Virus record (IMG/VR): IMGVR_UViG_3300035698_035366 | Coordinates: 232,120 to 296,119 of that record | DNA length: 64,000 nt | Strand: one strand, 5' to 3' | Shown: positions 58,823-64,000 of the stretch, in pieces | How the letters are laid out: each line of letters opens with the position of its first letter | Numbering within the stretch: position 1 is the stretch's first letter | Position numbers and translations under genes: made by a program | Notes under the pieces: model-generated | The model's input: the letters and a program-made list of their open reading frames with translations, nothing else | What the model was told of the DNA's origin: nothing | The model's database searches: none

Positions 58823-58902
58823 TATAAATAACCAAGTAACGGGACAACCCGCCTCCTTGGTGGGCCTTGATTGCTCAAACAATCAATTACCGTTACTATT
58901 TA
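58823..58902. promoter_or_regulatory. Structured leader of the GIY-YIG gene (motif shared with the HNH gene)
   Basis: tataaata..gtaacgggacaaccc-gcctccttggt-gggc..ttgattg/caatcaa-ttaccgttac-tattta. Confidence 0.7.
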
Positions 58903-59100
58903 GCAGTTTTTTTGACAGGATCGATCCTTTTCTTTCGAAGTAATGGATCGCGCTCAGCCTTTAACTCTTCGAGCTCTTTCATATCACGCTTCTTCTTGTG
59001 GTGGGCTATCTCTTTGTATCTCATACTCATATTTAGCTTGACAATCGCGTAGAATGTGTTATTATGCTATAATTGGATATAGTGAAAACGGGATAATTTG

Positions 59101-59469
59101 ATGAAAAAATTACTTTTAGCCGTTGTAATATTGGTAATGGCTGTGAATGTTTCTAAAGCTTCGGAATTAACGAATGAAGAAATAATTAAAATGAATGAAT
59201 ATTGCGCCACTGTTAGAAATAGCAAATATGAAATACTGCTAAAAATGTATGAAAAGAACAAGTTGAAACTGTCGAAGGGGAAGTGGAAAAACCCAAAACT
59301 ACAACAAATGCTTCTAGATCAAAATAACCAATTTATAGATAAACACCGCGCGCAAAATCGAAACACGAAAGATATTGATTGGTGGGCCTATATGAATCGA
59401 CGTTCTAAAGCGAGTAATTGGAAAAAAGACACCATGAAGTGTTATTATTTTTATCTTAAAATACAATAG
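59101..59469 (+). CDS. Secreted hypothetical protein
   Basis: Signal peptide MKKLLLAVVILVMAVNVSKA. Confidence 0.6.
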   Translation: MKKLLLAVVILVMAVNVSKASELTNEEIIKMNEYCATVRNSKYEILLKMYEKNKLKLSKGKWKNPKLQQMLLDQNNQFIDKHRAQNRNTKDIDWWAYMNRRSKASNWKKDTMKCYYFYLKIQ

Positions 59470-59569
59470 AGGACCGAAAGGTTAAGATTCGAAAATAAAT
59501 GTTGACAATAGCGTTTCAACGTGTTACCATTTATGTTAACTGTACTAAACTTTGATGGAGTAGAAACCA

Positions 59570-61201
59570 ATGAGCAAGCTTGATGCTGCAATCGCTGGTA
59601 GCGATTATATCACCGTGACAATCGATGGTGTGACACATTCACTCACCGAATCACACCCAAATTACGAAAAAGCTCGAGAAGCTCTAAAGATTCGGGATGC
59701 TGATCTGCTCTCGACCCTCGTTGATATTCCAAAATCCATTAATACGTTCAGTGGTGGTAAGGTCACCGTTGAAGGTGGTGTGATTATGTTTTCGGGGAAA
59801 GCCATTCATAACAGCCTAACACGGCGTATGATTGAGATGATGAAGGAAGGTTTTGACATCACATCTCTTGCCAATTTCTTGAAAAACATCCAGGGCAATC
59901 CAAGCTTCCGGGCAGTGAATGAACTTTATACGTTTTTGGAAGAGAACAAGCTTCCAATTACGGATGACGGGCATTTCCTAGCTTACAAGCGTGTTCGATC
60001 CAACTTCACAGATATCTTTACTGGAACATTTGATAATAGCCCAGGTAAGACGTGCGCGATGCCTCGTAACCAGGTCAACGAAGATAAGGACCAAACTTGC
60101 TCGGAAGGTCTACACTTCTGCTCAATCGAATACCTACCGCACTTTGGTTCGTATGGCGGAAATGACAACATCGTCATCGTTAAGATTAACCCAAGGGACG
60201 TTGTTTCGATTCCTTCCGATTACAACAATGCCAAGGGTCGAACTTGTCGCTATGTGGTAGTTGACCAATGGATGGGTTGGGAAGAGTTCGTCAAGGAACA
60301 GAAGGACTTCTTCGACAAGAGCGTAGTTAATGATTATACACCACCGTCCACCAAGGGCTCTGATGGTGAGACGCTAATGGACTTTGATCAAGCCGCTGAT
60401 CTCATTTGTGGTCATACACAGAACCCAGCTTCGTCTCTCCGTAAGCGTATCAATCGCGGAACCATTCGTACGGTAAATGGTCAGGTTGTTGTTGACGGCT
60501 TTTATACGCCACCAGTAACCATTGACGAAACACCTTCTAAGGTCGATATGACCGATGACGAAAAGAAGGATACTCGCGCCTGGAAGAATGGTTGGACTGC
60601 TGGCCGCGATGCAGCCTTAAATGATGTTTATTCACCAACGAGTGGTGTTGAAGCCCACCTAACAGACGAGCAGCGGCAAAATCCAGGACTTTACACAGAA
60701 GGATTTAGGGCCGGCTATGAAGGTATACAACCCATTGAGGTCATTGACGATGTCATTGATGCAAAGACCGGTGAAGTTAATTCCATTGAATGGCATCGGG
60801 GATTTTCCGAGGGAATTGTTATGGCTGATAAAGACATTGTCGATAATGATGTTTACGGTGATGGGTATGATGATATTGCTGGAGAACCTGGTGATAGAAA
60901 CGCTGGTTTTATTGTTGGTTATGATGAAGCATATGAGGCTTGGGTCAAGAGCGGAAAGGGTCGTCGAGCAGGCGCATCAAACAGTGAAGATTCAAAGCAT
61001 ACCGACCGTTCTTGGATCCAAGGAATCACTGACGGTATGAGTTCAGGAAAGATGGATAAAGTGTCTGGAAAAACGAAAGATGGTTGGCATAGGCCACCTG
61101 ATAATGTTTCACGCACGGATTATTACACTGAAGCATATACTCTTGCATATGAGCGAGTGTGGGACAATAGTGGGTGGAACTGGTTTGACGGCGACCGGTA
61201 A
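59570..61201 (+). CDS. rIIB: RIIB protein with a long repeat-containing C-terminal extension
   Basis: NPSFRAVNELY.FL, ITDDGHFLAYK, MPRNQV, CSEGLH, INPRDVVSIPSDYNNAKGRTCRY. Confidence 0.93.
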   Translation: MSKLDAAIAGSDYITVTIDGVTHSLTESHPNYEKAREALKIRDADLLSTLVDIPKSINTFSGGKVTVEGGVIMFSGKAIHNSLTRRMIEMMKEGFDITSLANFLKNIQGNPSFRAVNELYTFLEENKLPITDDGHFLAYKRVRSNFTDIFTGTFDNSPGKTCAMPRNQVNEDKDQTCSEGLHFCSIEYLPHFGSYGGNDNIVIVKINPRDVVSIPSDYNNAKGRTCRYVVVDQWMGWEEFVKEQKDFFDKSVVNDYTPPSTKGSDGETLMDFDQAADLICGHTQNPASSLRKRINRGTIRTVNGQVVVDGFYTPPVTIDETPSKVDMTDDEKKDTRAWKNGWTAGRDAALNDVYSPTSGVEAHLTDEQRQNPGLYTEGFRAGYEGIQPIEVIDDVIDAKTGEVNSIEWHRGFSEGIVMADKDIVDNDVYGDGYDDIAGEPGDRNAGFIVGYDEAYEAWVKSGKGRRAGASNSEDSKHTDRSWIQGITDGMSSGKMDKVSGKTKDGWHRPPDNVSRTDYYTEAYTLAYERVWDNSGWNWFDGDR

Positions 61202-61274
61202 TCACAAATGGAAATATAATGCACGTTTAGGACCCGGCGGGTCTAGGGGGCTCGGGGAAACTCGAGCCTCTTTT

Positions 61275-61610
61275 TTATGACAAATTAGCCTGATCTAATT
61301 CTTCCTTAACCTTGAAAACAATTTCAAGTTCATTTTGTGTACCAGGACGAACAAGATATTCATCAGATAGACCAGTTTTTTCTAAATGACTTAGTTGCTT
61401 AGTCGAATAACCATATACATTATCCTTAATTGTGACTATAGCTTCACGGTCATTATCTTCATCATAAATAACTCCAAAACCATCGGTCTCAATTGGTAAC
61501 CCGATTCTATCAAATGCGTAATGGATTAATTTCTGGATGTTTTCCTCACGAGTCATTAGAGCATCATCATCCTCTTCATTTTCCCGAACTATATCAACAA
61601 ATTTTTTCAT
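61275..61610 (-). CDS. Hypothetical late protein
   Basis: 111 aa; RBS aagga on the - strand. Confidence 0.6.
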   Translation of the reverse strand: MKKFVDIVRENEEDDDALMTREENIQKLIHYAFDRIGLPIETDGFGVIYDEDNDREAIVTIKDNVYGYSTKQLSHLEKTGLSDEYLVRPGTQNELEIVFKVKEELDQANLS

Positions 61611-61678
61611 AATCAGTCCTTTGTTTGTGTATTGTTATTTATTGTTTAATAAATATTAGAAACATTTGGTGAGTTAAG

Positions 61679-62035
61679 ATGGACCATAAACTAGAACAAA
61701 AATTGTTGGATAGCTATCCAAAATTATTTACCCCTGATTATCGTGGTTGCTCGGTGAGTAATGGGTGGTTTAATTTATTAATAGAATTATTTGACGCAAT
61801 ACACAATTACCCACTTGACAATGACACTTATCCTGTTATTATATTGGATATACAATCGATATATGGTGAACTTCATATTCACTATTTAGGTGGAGATAGT
61901 ATCATACATCACTTAGTGGCACATGCCATGTATATGAGCAGAAATACATGTGAAATATGCGGAAAGCCCGGGATGGCAACATCAAAGACTTGGATTATGA
62001 CACTTTGTAAGGAACATAGAACACATGACGCCTGA
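61679..62035 (+). CDS. Hypothetical protein (paralog of 62025)
   Basis: GW..L..ELFDA.H...G.L...S..TCE.CGKPG....WI.TLC.EH. Confidence 0.75.
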   Translation: MDHKLEQKLLDSYPKLFTPDYRGCSVSNGWFNLLIELFDAIHNYPLDNDTYPVIILDIQSIYGELHIHYLGGDSIIHHLVAHAMYMSRNTCEICGKPGMATSKTWIMTLCKEHRTHDA

Positions 62036-62375
62036 ACTTGTTACGAAAATTAAAGATACATATCCACTCGCCAAAGAATATCGAGGAGGGTTTGATTTCA
62101 GTGATGGTTGGTATGATATTATTATCGAGCTCTTTGATGCGCTACACAACCATACACTTGATCCCGAGGATGATCCGTTGCAATTCACAACGTTCAAGGA
62201 AAAGTTCGGAACACTGAGCATTTATAGTTATGGTGGCGATGAAACTACCTACGAACTAATTCGCCATGCAGAAAAACGAAGCGATCATACATGCGAAGAA
62301 TGCGGAAAACCTGGAGAAATGCGTTCTGGATCTTGGATTAGGACTCTATGTGACGAGCATACGAAAGCCACATAA
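62025..62375 (+). CDS. Hypothetical protein (paralog of 61679)
   Basis: KEKFGTL; TCEECGKPG; WIRTLCDEH. Confidence 0.75.
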   Translation: MTPELVTKIKDTYPLAKEYRGGFDFSDGWYDIIIELFDALHNHTLDPEDDPLQFTTFKEKFGTLSIYSYGGDETTYELIRHAEKRSDHTCEECGKPGEMRSGSWIRTLCDEHTKAT

Positions 62376-62468
62376 AGATATTTTAATCTTGCAATTCCTA
62401 GCATTCTTTGCTATAAATAATGTAACAGTTTACAGTTTTATTACAAAATCCCAGACTAGGAGACCACG

Positions 62469-63422
62469 ATGAAACTAATCGCCGGTAACTCGAATCCCGA
62501 ACTTGCAGAAGAAATTGCTGACTATTTGGATACGCATTTGGCAGATGTTAAAATTTCCAAATTTTCAGATCTTGAAACAAATGTTGATATTCGAGAAAAT
62601 GTTCGCGGTGAGGATGTTTTCATTATTCAATCTACATGTTCCCCAGTTAATGAACATTTGATGGAACTTTTAATTACAATCGATGCATTGCGTCGTTCAT
62701 CAGCAAAGAGAATAACGGCCGTATTGCCATATTTTGGTTATGCACGCCAGGACCGAAAGTCTGCACCAAGAACACCAATTACGGCTAAGCTTACTGCCAA
62801 CTTGCTTGAGACTGCTGGCGCAAACCGAATCCTTACAATGGATTTACACGCTGATCAGATCCAGGGATTTTTTGATATTCCCGTTGATAATTTGTATGCT
62901 CTACCAATTCTTGTAAAGGATATTCGGAAACGACTAAATGTAGATAATATGGTTATCGTATCACCTGATGTTGGTGGTGTTAAACGTGCCCGGGCCGCCG
63001 CCAAAAAACTCGGATGTGAGCTTGCTATTATTGATAAACGACGTGAAAAGACCAATGAATCCGAAGTAATGAATATTATTGGTAACGTAGAAGGACGTGA
63101 ATGTGTCATGATCGATGACATGGTTGACACGGCTGGTACACTCGTTAATTCGGCTCGAGCACTTGCAAACGCTGGAGCATTAGCGGTTGATGCTTACGCT
63201 ACACACGGAGTTCTTTCAGGGCCAGCAACAGAACGTTTGAATGAAAATGCCGATGTATTGCGGTCGTTAACAATCACCGACTCTATTCGTTATCCATTGT
63301 CACCAAAGGCACCCATTACTGATGTTGCAAAAAATATCCGAAAAGTTACAGTTTCAACTTTACTTGCCAAGGCAATTGGGCGTATAGCCAATGAAAGCAG
63401 TGTCTCGGAGTTACTCAACTAA
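62469..63422 (+). CDS. prs: Ribose-phosphate pyrophosphokinase
   Basis: [47 protein letters not shown]. Confidence 0.97.
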   Translation: MKLIAGNSNPELAEEIADYLDTHLADVKISKFSDLETNVDIRENVRGEDVFIIQSTCSPVNEHLMELLITIDALRRSSAKRITAVLPYFGYARQDRKSAPRTPITAKLTANLLETAGANRILTMDLHADQIQGFFDIPVDNLYALPILVKDIRKRLNVDNMVIVSPDVGGVKRARAAAKKLGCELAIIDKRREKTNESEVMNIIGNVEGRECVMIDDMVDTAGTLVNSARALANAGALAVDAYATHGVLSGPATERLNENADVLRSLTITDSIRYPLSPKAPITDVAKNIRKVTVSTLLAKAIGRIANESSVSELLN

Positions 63423-63685
63423 CTTGAAAAGAGTTGCATATCGTGAAGCTTTTCTATCTGGGTATCATTGTGTGGAAATTGCAGATGATGTACCTATAAA
63501 CATTATTTTTGATTGGCTTGAGAAGCATGGGGCTAAAGAATATGCTATGGCAGGAATGAAGAATTCTCGTTGTATAGCTATTAAGGATACGAGTATTGCG
63601 GCTTTGTTCAAATTAACCTGGATGGTTTGACATTCATACCAGTGTATGCTACACTAAGAGTTATAAAAATATATGGAGAAGTATT

Positions 63686-64000
63686 ATGGCTAGTGAAGAA
63701 ATACAGGAATTGTTGGACATTATCAAGGAAAACCAGACCATAATTGAAAATGTGGTTAGTGACATTATTAATCCATGTAAACAAAAAATCCACAATATAG
63801 AACAGCAAATAACAATTAAGATCGCCAACGATCTAAAAAATAAAAATCTTAAAGAACATGCCAATTTGAACCCAAATAATCTCCTATTGGGATTCTGGAA
63901 CTGTGAAGATAGCCCCACAGGTGAATGCGTGTATGATGAGTTCGATGACCCGATGAGCGATAATTGTTTATACTGTGGTGAACCCGATGAACGAAAATAA
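63686..64000 (+). CDS. Hypothetical Zn-binding protein
   Basis: WNCEDSPTGECVY...CLYCGEPDERK; RBS ggag. Confidence 0.65.
   Translation: MASEEIQELLDIIKENQTIIENVVSDIINPCKQKIHNIEQQITIKIANDLKNKNLKEHANLNPNNLLLGFWNCEDSPTGECVYDEFDDPMSDNCLYCGEPDERK

Noticed and set aside
1-64000. CRISPR array
   Set aside because: No regularly spaced short direct repeats with unique spacers; the 34667/34865 pair is only two 75-nt copies and no cas genes are present.
1-64000. Genome-wide TAG or TGA reassignment
   Set aside because: Long conserved genes (rIIA, rIIB, prs, ctpA) are intact in the standard code, and TAG/TGA end genes at plausible positions.

Overview
64 kb of an AT-rich, T4-like jumbo phage genome; host is probably an alphaproteobacterium, judged from the Prs, SmpB and CtpA sequences. 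The window holds the end of a virion/tail gene block, then a ~35 kb translation island. By manual folding the island has ~52 tRNA genes covering all 20 amino acids, many structurally atypical. It also has three Y-RNA-like (YrlA-type) RNAs, several tRNA scaffolds with inserted domains and many unclassified structured RNAs. Protein genes include smpB, a queuosine-salvage glycosylase, a minimal GluRS/GluQ-RS-like enzyme, denV, Endo VII, CtpA, a PEP-CTERM protein, a malonyl-CoA-decarboxylase-like protein, rIIA/rIIB, a 2H phosphoesterase, two homing endonucleases and prs. The most interesting candidate new system is translation-sensing control of phage tRNA supply, seen twice. (i) A leader peptide containing all 20 amino acids with a terminator/antiterminator switch sits in front of the main tRNA array (12147-12437). 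(ii) A Lys-rich 9-codon leader with two mutually exclusive hairpins masks or frees the 5' acceptor strand of a tRNA-Lys cluster (31128-31517). Other highlights are tRNAs whose D-loop lies 3' of the anticodon arm, anticodon-decoy Y RNAs, a shared pseudoknotted leader on two unrelated homing endonucleases, and two early genes with an in-frame TAG. No CRISPR array or tmRNA was seen. All protein assignments are from motif recognition and all RNA folds are by eye; no searches were run.
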